A DNA stretch of 64,000 bases from Eledone cirrhosa (GCA_964016885.1 OZ024743.1:345650001-345714000); one strand, 5' to 3'; shown: positions 1 to 16,392, counted from the first letter of the stretch. The notes: a model not told the origin generated them from the letters alone. A program made the numbers and translations.

Positions 1-62
<62 letters not shown>

Positions 63-202
63 CGTATTCGCCTCATTCGGGAAACCTCTGGTAATGAGGT
101 AATAATATTGTATTGATTTTATACATTAAATTTTGCTCTGATACTGACATAGAGCACTCTTTATTTCTATGACCTTTTCTGTTTCTAACTGAAATTTCAA
201 TA

Positions 203-241
<39 letters not shown>

Positions 242-281
242 CATACACACACACATATATGCAGAAATAGAGAGAGAGAGA

Positions 282-371
<90 letters not shown>

Positions 372-495
372 GTAGAAGAGTGAGATATGTATATTTAAAT
401 TTATGCTTGTATATGGTCAACTGCACACGCATTTATGTATATTCAACCATTGCTAACGGTATGTTTGTAAGCATTTGTTTGTATGTATACATATA

Positions 496-607
<112 letters not shown>

Positions 608-1156
608 CACATATATACACACATACGAATACATATGTATGTGAGTGTTTGTGCGTGTTCTTACCAAAAGCACTTAGGGATAATGCCAGATAATGTGTGA
701 GGATGGATCCAAACTCTTTGATCTCGGTTTATCCATAATGCGAAAGAAGATTGTTTTAGGGTAAGCTAAGTGGGCTAGTAATGAGACTACCAATGTTGTT
801 ACTGTACATGTGTATAAGTTTCTCTGTGTCTGTGGGTGGGCGCCTCTGTCTATGGCTGTGTGTATGCATTCGTTTATCATAAGGCTGTAAACTTATATGT
901 ATATATGCGTGTATATATATATATGTACATATATGTGTGTATGTGTGTGTTTTGCATGTTTAGGCATTTATATGTGTGTGTGTATGTGTTGGAGCAAGTA
1001 TAAATCTCTCGATCAAATAAGAGGTGAAAAAATCTGCGTAATAAATAATAAATAAATTGTATTGGATAAAATAGATATATTATATTTACTGTCTTGTTTG
1101 TTTAAATACATATAGAACATCAGCGTGTGCCGGTGTGCGTTTTTATATGCATATAT

Positions 1157-1240
<84 letters not shown>

Positions 1241-1246
1241 CTATGT

Positions 1247-1286
<40 letters not shown>

Positions 1287-2169
1287 TATGTCTGTGTGTG
1301 TGTATAAACCACTACAATCTGCTGTAATTATGAATTCATTGATGTTTACTGCATAATATAACCACGTTGAAAGGTGGTGTGTGGGATTTACTATAGTAAA
1401 TGTTATGTGTGGCATTTGTTCAATTTTCTGTGAAGATTATGCCATTTAAAGTGCCAGTGCGCTTAGAGACATAAAATATGCTAGCGGACAAGCTTCCGCT
1501 TGGTCGCTCTATCTACTAGAAATAGCAGATCAATCTACCTATCTATTTTATTAAAAAGAGAAAAGACAGATCATATTACCATTTCCAGTGTCTCCAAGAT
1601 TGGGATGAGCAATATAATTAGTTAGTCAATGACTCGAGACAACGAAAACCGATGTTAAGGAACCCTAAGACACAGTTAATAGTTTAAAAAACGGTTGACA
1701 GATTAAAAGTACCGCCTAAAGAGAAGAACGGTCTCTGTCTACCAAATCTTCCATACAATTCGACCCGAAGCAATGATGTAATATATTTTCACACGAAGTC
1801 GAACAAAGGGATCGAAACACAAACCAGGTAACGGTGAATCGAACATTTCAATAACGCAGCCACGACTGCGTCCATAAACCTTAAGAAAGAAGAGGCCCAG
1901 TTCATGTTGGGCCTCTTCTTTCTTAAAGAAGAGGCTAAACAATAACAAAAGTTTGTAAACAAGCCAACATTTCCTATCCTACTTCATTTTAAATTTCTTC
2001 CACCAACATTAGGCACATTTGATTGTTCACAAGGAACTGAATCTCTCACATTGTTCGACTTTTTATCGTAAGTGGATATAGTGCCCTTAGTAACTGAATA
2101 ATTAATTATCACCCACTCTGTAGCACTTCAATGTATGAAACTGGTGCCTGAAAAAATGTCCGGATGTGT

Positions 2170-2346
2170 CTACATTTGGTACAAGGCCAGCAATTACTCA
2201 GTGCATTACTGGTGCTTTGTTTTACCGAAAGCGTAAGGATGAAAGGCCAAATTAACCTCGGCGCGATTTTAATTCAGAACGTAAAGGGCCATGACTCTAT
2301 GCTGCAAAGCATGGTGTGTGATGCACTACATATACTGCTAATCCAT
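2170..2346 (-). mobile_element. tRNA-derived SINE (family 1), diverged copy
   Basis: Reverse-complement match to the family best seen at 21110-21299, sharing ggatgaaaggc(c)aaa..aacctcggcg and cagtgcattactgg. Confidence 0.8.
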
Positions 2347-2869
2347 TAAAATCCAATCTTTATTAAAATTCCTTCTGTATTTAAAATTATTCTATTATAT
2401 TTTTCTGAGATTAATGTAAGGAAAGTCGTTCCAATGAAACACCGTTTTCATACAGCATCGTTTCGTTGAAATGTCGATTGAAGAAAAGTCGTGAGACTTA
2501 TAAATCTGAATGTAGAAAACAGTAAATGGGTTAAAAAAGTTTTTTGTGAGAGAATATTTATATAGTTAAACACATAAACACGTCAACGAGTATCACTTTG
2601 AGAAATGGAATGGTGATATAATAAAACTTTTTAATCTGTAATAGCAATACAACACACAGAATGCCAATTATTTGTTAGATTATTAAACAAAAGAGTCAAA
2701 ACTAATGTGAATTTGAATAATGTTGAAGAATAAAAAGTAATATATTCAACACACAATGTCTCGCAAAAAGTAAAGTCGAAATGTATATAAACCAAAGTAT
2801 ATATATGTGTTTGCATGTGTATGTGTGTGTGTGTGGAGAGAGAGAGAGGGGGGGAGGGGGGTTCTGTAA

Positions 2870-3700
2870 AAAAAAATATATTACGGGAAAGTAAAATTTG
2901 CTAGTGGGTGCCTTGCTGCCTATCCACTGTTCGAAGCCTGACTGAAATGCTTCTTCCAGAATGTCTCTTTACTCTTCAATCTCATTCCACATGATGCTCT
3001 CTGCTCTCAAATTGGGAGCATTTCTGTAGCGTTAGAAGGATTCAACATTAGCCTGGTAGATTTACGAAATGTCTCATCTTGGAAAGAATGCTAGGATCTG
3101 CGACGAAATGAGCCAGAGTGTTGTCCCAATGCAGATGCCACTATTGCGAAACCCGCAGATCCGAATTGCATCACGAACAAGTCTGAGAATATATGAGTCA
3201 TCGTTGTAACTGTTTGACTTTCTGGTGAGTAACCCTGATGTACAATACTTCAGTAGTCAACAGAAACAATCAGTATCACTTTCAATTTGCACCGCACATG
3301 ATGTTCTGTTTTAGAACTTGGTTACGTTGTATGCTTCCATTGTAATGACTGAGCTATAGTTACCGGATCGTGCCTGTACATCTACATCGCAATTCCAGTT
3401 TCCAGGCACCCTATCGAAATTATCAGGTGAAATAGTTATGCGAGGAGTAAGATATATAACATCTCACACACTGTCCGACTGACAGTGATTGACATAACCA
3501 TTCTGCACACCTTTATCTCCCGAACGACATTACTTCCTACCGGATTAAGCATTAATTTGGATACTTTTTGGAAAGACCTTATATATATTTTTTCGGCTCA
3601 CTGTCTAGCATCCAAACTCTGCATTTCATTCATTTGAGATATTTAGATAAAATCCTAGGAAATGGGTTTGTAGAATTCTTAATTCTTCCGACGTGATGTC
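2870..3700 (-). mobile_element. Decayed mariner (Tc1/mariner) transposase remnant
   Basis: Minus-strand translation at about 3110-3300 gives HVRCKLKVILIVSVDY*SIVHQGYSPESQTVT...ILRLVRDAIR...WHLHWDNTLAH. This matches the mariner motifs KVMLxVFFDxxGIVH, PxGQTVN and LHHDNAxxH. Stops and frameshifts are present and the ends are approximate. Confidence 0.8.
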
Positions 3701-4879
3701 TTAAGATATATCTTACGGTCTGAAATGTAACAGGTGCCAGTAAACTATTACCCTGAACAACAGATATGGCACGGGGAGAGAGAGGTTTACCGCATTGGTG
3801 ATTCCTAGACTTCTAAAAAAATAAATTAAAAACGCAGATCCATGATCTCAAGAGAATTGTGGAACCCCGAATCGGTAAACACGCAGTCTGGAGTGACATA
3901 CTATGAATCATACAAACACACAACTGTATGTATTAGTAATCATTATGTCTATAGTTCGATACCACTGCGTGGAATGTTAGGAAAGTGATGGTTATCACAA
4001 TCTTAGCTTGATCTATTCCTTCTGAGTGCACTTGTGTAGACGGAAACAGTATGGAAGCCCATCGGAGGGACTGTATCTCCAATTCAAAAGACAGCGTCTT
4101 CACGCTCCCAACACGATCAATATCCCTGTAAGTTGCGTAACGGTACTTATCTGTTCAAAATAGTAAGTCATGTATATATAGTTTGAAAAAAAAATCCAAA
4201 AATCATATTTCTTTTAAAAGCAAAATATTTACGGAGACGCAAGCTACATTATTTCTTTCAGTATTCTTAAATAATCAAACATTTTGAAGGAAATAACCTT
4301 TACATTTTCTTGGTCAGGTTCCAAAAGTGTTTCGAGTGTCTCCTTCACCTATAGCTCACATTTTCCTATTTATACACACACACACACATATATATATACA
4401 TATATATATATATTAAATGATGTTTAAATATATATGGATGTGAGTATGTGTGTGTGTGTGCGCTTATAAAAGAATGTGGTTTATGTTTATATGTATATGT
4501 ATGTATATATACACACATATATGCACAAAATTCTTTATACACACAAACATACACACACATATATAAATATATGTATGTATATATGTATGTATGTATGCAT
4601 GCATGTTTGTAAGTTTGCGGGTATGTATACATATATGGATGGATGGATAGATGAATGGATGTTCATGGCATTTACAGATGCCCTAAGATTATGTTAAAGT
4701 GAACACCGCTAGAGATGATATAAACCATTGCCATGAGTTATTGGTGCTGAAGTCTTGGGGAAAACTCTAGCATTGTTTATAAATGTTACCCTCAAGAGCA
4801 TTGCTCCCGAAATAAGGTTTATATGAGTGCGTGAATACTGTCTGCCTCTATGCATTAGTCAAATGTATATATTATAAAT

Positions 4880-6643
<1,764 letters not shown>

Positions 6644-7324
6644 AATCACGTTCATAAATACCTAGTGTGTATACATACACAAAATAGAAAATATTCCGAA
6701 TTGCCAACCGGTTCGTGAGAACAATTCTAAACTGAAAAGAATCGAGCTAGATTGTAGTAATGGCTACCTACTTTATCAAGAAGTGAAATTAATAGATATA
6801 TCAGCGTTGATTTTGCTACGGATTTTGAAATTGGGTAAGGATTAAATGAAAGTTATTGCTAACGATTTCACATTCTGAAATAATTCCCGTGAGCAACTCT
6901 TGTGAATTTAATGTGAGGTCTCGGAAAATAAAGCATTTCCTTGTATAACCACTTTGGTTAATAGTTCATTCATTATTCCTGTGGCGATAATACCATATGA
7001 AAATAATTTTTGTGTAATTTCCTTTCTACCACAGGAAAAAAGAACGAGCCAATAACTAAACTACTCATATAAAGAAATATGTCAGCTTATATAATGAGGG
7101 TTCTTCCTTTGCATGATAACTGTTATTGTATGATATATTCACAGATCCTGGTCCATTCAGAACTTGAATTAATGGCATATACATGTCGTATTATTGATAC
7201 TAAAAAGAAGAGGTTATTTACGGAAACTATAAATAAGTGATAAACTGTTAGTCGGTCCATATTGTTAGTTATTGCTATTTCATAACCTCGAATCAGTTAA
7301 GATTGGAGAAAACAATATTCATGT

Positions 7325-7527
7325 ATAACAAACACGCGGCTCCAAAGTTGGGTGGGGGAATATAATAGATTACACTGATTTAGTACATAACTGCTATTTT
7401 CATTTAATCGACCTCGAAAACGAGTAAGGTAAATTTAGCCCCAGTAGGATTTGAAATCACATTAAAACAAGCCGGAACGAATGAGCATTTTACCAACGCA
7501 TTAAAGATTCTGCCAATTCATCGGCAT
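7325..7527 (-). mobile_element. Highly diverged tRNA-derived SINE
   Basis: Residual motifs aatcgacctcgaaa..ggatttgaa..gattctgccaattc resemble family 1 in reverse. Confidence 0.55.
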
Positions 7528-7672
7528 TCAAAGATATTTGTAATAAAACGTAGCCCAATAATGACGAGCCTGATCTTTCAGAACTTACATCTAATGGTTG
7601 CTTTGTCTACCTCTTGTTCACTACCTTTTTTTGCTTTCGTTTTTCACAAAAGTACAAACTTCTACGCTTAAT

Positions 7673-7750
7673 TAAAATATGTGTCTGGTGTAAAATATGC
7701 GTCGGGTGTAAAATATGCGTCTGGTGTAAAATATGCGTCTGGTGTAAAAT
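7673..7750. repeat. Minisatellite, 18-bp unit TAAAATATGCGTCTGGTG, about 4.3 copies
   Basis: Units start at 7673, 7691, 7709, 7727 and 7745. Confidence 0.95.
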
Positions 7751-7880
7751 TAATAAAGGTCTGATGCCTCATTGAAACATAATCAAATTTCTGTTTGACT
7801 GTTTTATATAATCAGAACGGATATATTTCTATATTGATTACATATATTTTTCGTATTTAAAGACAATGTTAGATGGGACA

Positions 7881-8185
7881 TGGGGGTTGGTTGACAGTAT
7901 CGGTAGAGCGTCAGACATCTTGCTTTGCAGCTTAGAGTTATTGCCCTTTACGTTATGAGTTCAACTACCACCGAGGTTAATTTTGCCTTTCATCTTTACG
8001 GGATCGATAAAATAAAGCACCAGTAATGCACTGGGTAATTGCTGGCCTTGTGCCAAAAATAGAAACTATTATCTAAAATCCCGCTGAGGTTAACTTTGCC
8101 TTTCATCCTTACGGGATCGATAAAATAAAATACCAGTAATGCACTGGGATAATTGCTGGCGTTGTGCCAAAAGAAGAAACAATTA
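7881..8185 (+). mobile_element. SINE family 1: full copy plus tandem 3' half, inside one 12-bp TSD
   Basis: A-box-like TGACAGTATCGG and B-box-like GAGTTCAACTACC. The 3' half is repeated from about 8076. TTAGATGGGACA occurs at 7869-7880 and 8186-8197. Confidence 0.88.
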
Positions 8186-9052
8186 TTAGATGGGACAAAC
8201 GGCATCAAGCTAGGTTTACGCTGGCTGCACAAGGTTGAAAATTAGTTTGTTTTGCTAAACATGTTTATTCCAGAAAGGAATATATGGATCATGGTGGTGA
8301 CTAATCGATTATAAAATTGTCTGGAGCAACCATATAGAAGACAACCTTCCTTCATCCCTGTAGTGTGTGCAGTCTCGATCATTCAAACCTAATGAACCAC
8401 ATACCACTTTAAGTACGATCACCACCATTATCTTCCAGAGAGAGAGATATATATATATATAGAGGGAGAGAGAGAGAGAAAGAGAGAGGGGGCGGGCGAG
8501 AGAGAATGTGAGGGAGAGAGTGAGAGATATAAAACAAAAGAGTAGACTTTAATACTGGACTGGGGAATTATTATTGATAGAAAGAATGAAAGGCAAAGTT
8601 GACCTCAGCTGGATTTGAACTCAGAGTACAGGATACTACAAAAAGTACCTTAAAGAATTTTAGCTGATTTTCTAAGGAGACCTATCAATTTCCCTCTTGT
8701 TGATAATATAGCTTCATTGAAAGTCATGAGATGTTGATCCATTATTGCTGCAAGAGAGAACAGTGTAATAGAGATTAGAGTCAAACTCTGCTATGGAGAT
8801 GCTTGCAACAGAATGGATACAACCAAAGATTGAGGTAGCTATGATAAGCCGGATTGCAATTAAGTCTACCACCTAAGAAAAGTTACAATTGATCTAACGA
8901 GATTCCAGTGTAGCTATCTAACAAAATTCGTTCATAAAGCTTTGATAAACCGTGTATTAGTATGAATGAACAAACTCTCTTCTTACTACATGCACTGAGT
9001 CATTTTACTCTTGTTTGTAAACCCAAGCGTGTATGTGTATATGTATATATAT

Positions 9053-9110
9053 ATTTGGACTGAATGCTCCTCTTACTACAGATATAACTTCCCGCTTTTT
9101 TACCATTATA
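9053..9110 (+). mobile_element. Inverted copy of the Penelope-like 3' terminus
   Basis: Reverse complement of about 9400-9453 (tttggactgaatgctcctcttactacagatataacttcccgcttttttaccatta), ending in (TA)n. Confidence 0.85.
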
Positions 9111-9334
9111 TATATATATATGTATATATGACTAAATATGGTGTCTTGTTACACTGCAATTTCCCCTGGTATAAATTTGGGTGTTAGGGAATTTCAAGAA
9201 TTTTGATACATTTTAACAAATGTCGGGGCCAATACAATACTAATAATAGAAATAACTTCGAAATCTTATCTTCCAAATCTGTTCCTGTTTATATGTAATT
9301 ATACCTGAATATAGAGTATATATGTATATATACA

Positions 9335-9399
<65 letters not shown>

Positions 9400-9402
<3 letters not shown>

Positions 9403-10310
9403 GGTAAAAAAGCGGGAAGTTATATCTGTAGTAAGAGGAGCATTCAGTCCAAAGGACGTGTTCGGTATAGAATTAGTTCAACTAGAAAAATAGCAAACCA
9501 TACTTGAGGACGCGCGTTTCACCGAACGGAATTAAGCACATATGTTTTGACCTCCTGCTGTTGATTCGATCGAGTGGTTGTAACTTCAGCCTTATAGACG
9601 ACTGTTACACTTTTATTAAAGAGTGTATGCTTCCGGCCTTCTGCCAGAGCATCCAGGTGGAGGAGAGTTCTCGGGGTTGGTGGTGATGTGGACTTTCATA
9701 TGTTTAGCACAGGAACATTCATGTTTCACCCAGAGTTTATTGAAGATAGGTATGTATTTATGGGGAAGTGTTTGTCTGGGAATGCCATGAATTTACTACT
9801 TACATTGGTTCTAACTCTGAGCAAGAATCGTGGGCAGAATGCAAATTATTTTTTTATTTCTCTTTCTCTTTCTACTACTTTCTACTAGTAGCGTGATTAG
9901 GAGGGGGTGTAAGAAATTAATCGCAGAAGAAACTGTTGGCTAACGCGGTGTTATAGTAAGGTGCCGCTCTATCAAAGGTGGCCATATTAAAGAAAGATTA
10001 GAAATCCAAGTACTTTAACGAAGTTTTTAAAGACCGTAGGTGGGTGGCATGAATCCTTGTTTATATAAGATAACTTTTCATTAATTTTGCGGAAAGTTCT
10101 GAATGTGCGTGCGCGTAGGTCTGGGTTGATGTCTAAATAATTTAGTCAGGTTTGTGGCTACGATGACCTTAAGTCCTAACCCATTGATAAAAGCTATTAG
10201 GTTTTTTTCAAAAACGGTCAAAGTCGTTTTTATTGCTCGATACGGTCAAACCATCGTCGCAGTATAAACCCGTCGAAATCGACGAAGATCATTTTTCATT
10301 TGTAAGTGAT
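9400..10310 (-). mobile_element. 5'-truncated, decayed Penelope-like retroelement (RT C-terminal half plus start of GIY-YIG)
   Basis: Minus-strand peptides with frameshifts: GLYCDDGL (10247-10270, equivalent to catalytic GLYRDDGL), GLGLKVIVATNL, LDINPDL, LSYINKDSCHPP, FDRAAPYYNTAL, VRTNVSSKFMAFPDKHFP, SCAKHMK, VVYKAEV...KTYV. A hammerhead helix III remnant GAAACGCGCGTC lies near 9508-9519. Both ends abut microsatellites. Confidence 0.9.
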
Positions 10311-10314
10311 GTAC

Positions 10315-10529
<215 letters not shown>

Positions 10530-13195
10530 CCAGTCGTTTGATCAACGGAACAGCCTGCTCGAGACGTTAACGTGTAAGAGCTTGAGAATTTCAGAGACCT
10601 GTACGCTTAACTAATTCTCATGGAGATGCATCACAATGATGAGTTTATGAAGGATGGCTTTTTCAACTACAGGCACAATCCATACGGCGGCTTTCCAAAC
10701 AAATTGCATAAATCTTTTTATTCACAAGATATGGATCGGTCCGTGCCTGAGTAAATAACACCTGCCGAATATGCCACTCGGTGGAATCAAACTCTGGGAC
10801 AAATGATTGCGAATCGAATTTCATAACCAATCGGCCATGCTACAACTACACACAGCTTACAAAATAAATAACAAAATACAAATGAAATTCAAAGCAATCA
10901 GAGTGTTTCAAAATTATTTCTCTGCAATATGTATATTTCCAAGTGTCCCAGTGGAGAAAAGCGTCTTAACCAAGATAAACAAAATGGTAATTAAAGTGGC
11001 TAAATCTTTGACTGACAAACATTTGGCGAAGATGAAATCTACATAAAAGTGATTAATTAAATACTATTTCCATTGTTTATTTATAATTTCATTTATCTAA
11101 ATATATAGATTTCTAAGACCGTCAGTTATTGTTGTCCAAATATCTATGCAATTCTTTGCATTGATCTGTTTGTTTATAATTATAATTTTTGTATACTTAA
11201 TTCCATTTACGTGACATGTTGTTGTTGTTGTTGTTGCTACTGTTGTTTTTCTTTTTCTTTTTTCTACTAATCTAGTAGACGTATATTATGAGTGCTGTAG
11301 TGCAACAAATCAGTTCCGTATGGCAGAATAAGTGCAAGCTTTGTGGAAAGGTGGTAAACTCTAGATATAACAAATGTGTATAGAGCGTTCGATTACTGAC
11401 TGAATTATTTCACTTTATTTCCTTCCTTTTACCAATCTAATTCAAACATGAAAACCTCCTCACTGACCTAGAAATAGTTGCTAAATCCCATTCAAATCAA
11501 GCCTACCATCTAAAATAAGAAAAAAAGGAGTGGGACATGGTGAATTATGCAGAGCTAGATGATGCACTATGTATGAAAGAAAGATGGATGATTCCGCTTA
11601 TATTGCATTTGGTTACCTATGCATGTTTGATTATGGATCATCTTGGGTTAAAGCATGGCCTATAGCTGAGGCAATGTAAGGTCAAATTGAAAATAATAGT
11701 GGAATTAGTAGCCTCATAATTTTGGTCAGCAGAATCGTTAGATCATCTTACAATTTTCAATCTATGGTCAAATCTCATAGATGTTTATTTTTTTCCTTTT
11801 GTTTTTTTTCCGGTGTCTGTAAAATAATGTATTAGTCGAGCAGCTACTTTCGTTTTTATTGCTTTGATAGATTGTAAATTAGGGAGGAATTACAATAAAA
11901 GAAACGCAACATAGTTGTTAACAGAGTACTCTTACCTTTATAATACACGTAAGATACTAGACGCAACATGGACAAATGGTTAAATTGTTTACATTACAAT
12001 ATTGAGGCTCCATGTTTCGTCTCACAGCATAGTTGCATGATATCTTGAGCAAGTATATTTATTTTAACCTCCGATAAACCCATACTTTGTGACTGAATGT
12101 GGGTAGAGTGAAAGTCCGTCAGATGGTTTGTACATTTAATTGAAATATCCAACCTTGCCAAGCACTATGTTTCCATGAGAATTAGGTTAAGTGTCACAGC
12201 GATTGCAATACTTGAAAATACATCGTCGAAGCCAGTCATTCACAGGGTTAAACCTTAGCTACCACTTAGCTACCATTTTCAGCTGAATGAACTGGAAAAA
12301 ACGTGGAATGAAGTCACTTGCTCAAAGACAACACCACAATTAGTCTTAGAATCTTGCTGATGACCTTATTACTGTAATTCCAACGATATAACCCCTAGGC
12401 AACGTGGTCTCTACATTGTTAATTGTTTATGTTAATATATTGTTTGTATTATTTTACTTCTATTTCTTGAGTATAATACTACATTGAAGCGTTATATTGA
12501 CAAAATCATTAAAGTGTCGGGAAAAATACCATAAGGTATTTATTATGGTGCTTTACGTTTTGAGTTCAAATCCCTCCATGGTTGACTTTTAATTTCACAT
12601 TTCCTGCGTCGATAAAATAAAATACCTCTCAAGTAATGGGGTTAAATTTATCGAATTTTACCTCCACAAAATCTGTTCGCATTGTGCTTAAAATGGGAAT
12701 CATTAATATTTAATTTACGTGTAATTCTCTCTTATCACACGAATTTCCATTTCATTAGATTCATAATTATATTTGTAATACAACACATACTTTATACTTT
12801 ATACCATATATGCCTCTTTAACGCACAAATTCATTATGAATTTCGCTTTTTTATTATTTTATTAACGCTTTAGTTGTGTTTATCTAAATCACCATTCGTT
12901 TCATTCGCCTGGTGGTAATATATAATTTTATTGATATATTCATACATTTAATAATTACACTCGTTCGTTTTATTATATTTATTTATCTAATTATTATGTA
13001 AATAATTATATTTAATTGACTTCCTACTGATTTCATTTTCCCAATTATCATATTTATTTATTTATTTATTTATCAGTTTATAATCTCTAAAATTCTTTAT
13101 TATTTTCATAATTCTTATTCCATCTATTTTATACACATTTTTCTCTTTTGAGAATAACTTTATCTATTTATTCAATCTTTACTTAACGCATTGCT

Positions 13196-13296
<101 letters not shown>

Positions 13297-14761
13297 TTAT
13301 TCATTTTTATATAAATTTGTTTATTTGTTGTTACCAAAAGTTATTTATATATGTTTGTCTACATTTCTACGTATCCTCCTCAAATTCTATATTTCGTATA
13401 TTATAATTTCTTATATGATATTATATTTCTACTTGATACGAATTTTCCTTTATCTCTTTATCTATTTATAACGCTGATGTGTCAGTTTATTGTTTTAATT
13501 TTCCTTTTATAGTTCTTATTTTATATTTTCCTCCATAATATCATTACCTCCATTTTTATCTGATATATTTTATTTTTTATATACATTTTATGAATATATA
13601 TATATTATAATTTAATCTAATCTATATCATTAGATTTTTTATGTTTCACATTTATTTGTTTATATGTATTATTGATACAATCTTCCCCAACGACAACAAT
13701 AGAAAAACGATCAACTCTTTGTTTAATAATGATTAAAGGAAAGATATTGTTATTGCAATGAATCCAAGCACTGTATGTTGTACACAAAAACCCTATATTA
13801 CACAATTTGGTAAAGTAAAGGGTCTAACATCGGTTTCGATGATGAGTATTCCATTTTCTAACCAAAGGAAAGGCATACACATAAATTAACATGAAAGTGG
13901 CTGAATACTCCAGAGGCATGTGTACACTTTACTCTCTTGTTAGTAAGATTCAATGTAACACAATGGTTGATAAAGCAATCTTTGAAGGCGCGTGGCTTAT
14001 TGGTTAGAGTGCGGCTCACAATACTTGAGTTAGACAGCCTATTTCACGTTTCTTCAGTCCACTGAGCTAAAGAAAATGAGTTGTACTATTAATTCAATGA
14101 TTCAGTCATATCACAATCTGAGAACTACATTAAGAATACATGTGTCTATTGAGTGCTCAGTCACCTGTAAGTTAATTTTGCTAGGAGCTTGTTTCATTGC
14201 TTGAATAATGGAACACTTATGTTTGGAACTGATGGAGATCAAACACACACATATACACAGAGAAGCACCCACACATACATATACACATTCACACACACAC
14301 AATATAAGTCACTTGAAGTTCGGCCCCAGCTCGTCCAAGCAATTTCCTCCAGAATTGCGTGTCCGAGAGTACATTATGTCAAAAGACATTTGCCAAATAT
14401 TCTATATAGTAGAAACGAACTCAAAGCGTCCTTGCTGCGAAGGTGATTGTTTAACCGTTCAACCACACTGCATCCAGCTAAATATAATAGTTTATAAATA
14501 ACAGTTAATTCTTCTACTCATATCCAGCTGCCTATAAAGTAGAACATCATATTGGATAATTTTGTTTTTTGTTACACTGTCTTAAGTAATCTGGATGGTT
14601 ATGGTTGGAGCAGTTTTAATCGGAGGTCGCCTTTATCAGAGCTGACCTACTGTTCAACAATAAGAACATCATCAATAACAATACCAAAGATGATGAAGCA
14701 TGACATAACATTTGTTCAACGCGCTAACGATTCTACTAATTGATCAGACCCAATATATGTG

Positions 14762-14945
14762 TCTGTTCGCATGCCAACACAACAGCAAGAATGAAATGTT
14801 TAATCTACTGACATGGCTATAAAATTGAGGCTTGTTTACATAATTGCAAACGAATCGAATGTTATTATTAATATTCGCAAAACTCAGATTACATTTATTG
14901 TATTCAGCCATGTAGAGCGAAATTTTCTTTTTTCTTTTTATATAT
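14762..14945 (+). mobile_element. 3' fragment of the hammerhead element at 16172-16395
   Basis: About 175-bp reverse-complement match to 16172-16347; ends in a short (TA)n. Confidence 0.8.
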
Positions 14946-16020
14946 ATACGTAAATATATGTATTTTAAAACACCCCGGAGCCGCACTTACTTAGCGGTTA
15001 AGCCATGACTTACATCGCAATGGTTCATCCTTCTTTCTCACTTCTTTAGTTCTAACCCAAGTGACCAACCACTAGCTCTTTAGCGAGATAATATACGTTG
15101 GCAGGATCCTAACCTGAGTATCTCCATGTACCCAACATTTTCGATCACCGGGCTTCATCATCCACCCCGGGTCTGCAATCCGGTTTTCCGAAGGAGCCGC
15201 TACCGCCAACCTAATCTATTTCGCACATAAAAGTCAGTACTAACTATGATAAGTAAATAAGACGTACTTATTATTTCTTTTTCCACCCATCTAAAGGGTA
15301 CATATGTGTCTATGTATATGTGTACGTATAGACGTATGTGTGGGGTATGTGTTTATATGTGTGTGTGCGTGTATATATATGTGTACATAGATATGTTTAT
15401 GTGTGTATGTCTGTGTATATATAGATATATGTGTGTGGGCATGTGTATAAATATATTTGTGTGATGTGTGTAGGTACGTAGATATGTGTGCGGGTGTGTA
15501 CTAAATGTTTACAATATGTACTATAATTTTTTACACCTACAGTTATAATTCTAACATCTCTTACTATCAGGTCTCTTAATATTGATAAGCATTCGCATTC
15601 CCAAATGAACCCATATCTGGTTACATACATGAATTCTCCACTAGCATCCACAATACTACCGCACAATGAGTGTGTAGTAGTGACCTGTTTATACTACTGC
15701 CACTAAGGGCAATCAGGTCAGCTAGACCAGTTTTTCTAGGTATATACAGTTATTATAGTTGGTTGTTAAAAGCAACCCTAACAGTCAGACCTGTTTCAAG
15801 GACAACTTACCTGAGCAATTCAATAGACATGGTACTGGTGTGTTAAGATAGTATCTGACCAATAGGTGGATGCGTAAATTCGTTCATTCTAAATCATGTC
15901 ACCAGCTCTTTGAGAAAACAAAACCACACTTCGAAACAGGGCATATCAAAGGACCGAAATAACGGAGGTAAACTTTGTTCCACCATTAAGTTTTTCTGGT
16001 ATTTTTCTGTACAAGTTCTA

Positions 16021-16079
16021 GCTGTCTGATGAGGTCATAGCTGTTGAATAATGGTTATCACCGAAATATATATTACAGC
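16021..16079 (+). ncRNA. Type I hammerhead ribozyme
   Basis: GCTGT-CTGATGA-[GGT c ATAGCTGTT gaat AATGGTTAT c ACC]-GAAA-TATATA-TT-ACAGC. Helix I is 5 bp, helix II is long, helix III is palindromic, and the triplet is AUU. AATAAA and (TA)n follow. Confidence 0.85.
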
Positions 16080-16132
16080 GAATAAGAATAAATGAAGTTG
16101 ATTTTAACCTGTTGACTTACACTTCTGGTTTA

Positions 16133-16181
<49 letters not shown>

Positions 16182-16348
16182 GAAAATTTCGCTCTACATG
16201 GCTGAATACAATAAATGTAATCTGAGTTTTTCGAATATTAATAATAACATTCGATTCGTTCGCAATTATGCAAACAAGCCTCAATTGTATAGCCATGTCA
16301 GTAGAAGGAACACTTCATTCTTGCTCTTGTGCTGGCATTCGAACAGAA

Positions 16349-16392
16349 CTGCATACATTAATGTTTCTGGGTATTACCCTTCATCAGTACAG
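16349..16392 (-). ncRNA. Type I hammerhead ribozyme
   Basis: Minus strand: CTGTA-CTGATGA-a GGGT aat ACCC a-GAAA-CATTAATG-TA-TGCAG. Palindromic helix III, GUA triplet. Confidence 0.85.

Noticed and set aside
7673-7750. CRISPR-like repeat, also considered for (TA)n alternating with short unique inserts
   Set aside because: The units have no spacers, there are no cas genes, and the context is eukaryotic.
14762-16347. ~175-bp inverted repeats as TIRs of a 1.6-kb DNA transposon
   Set aside because: The right copy continues into a hammerhead and both copies end inward in (TA)n. Two retro-copies of one 3' end explain it better.
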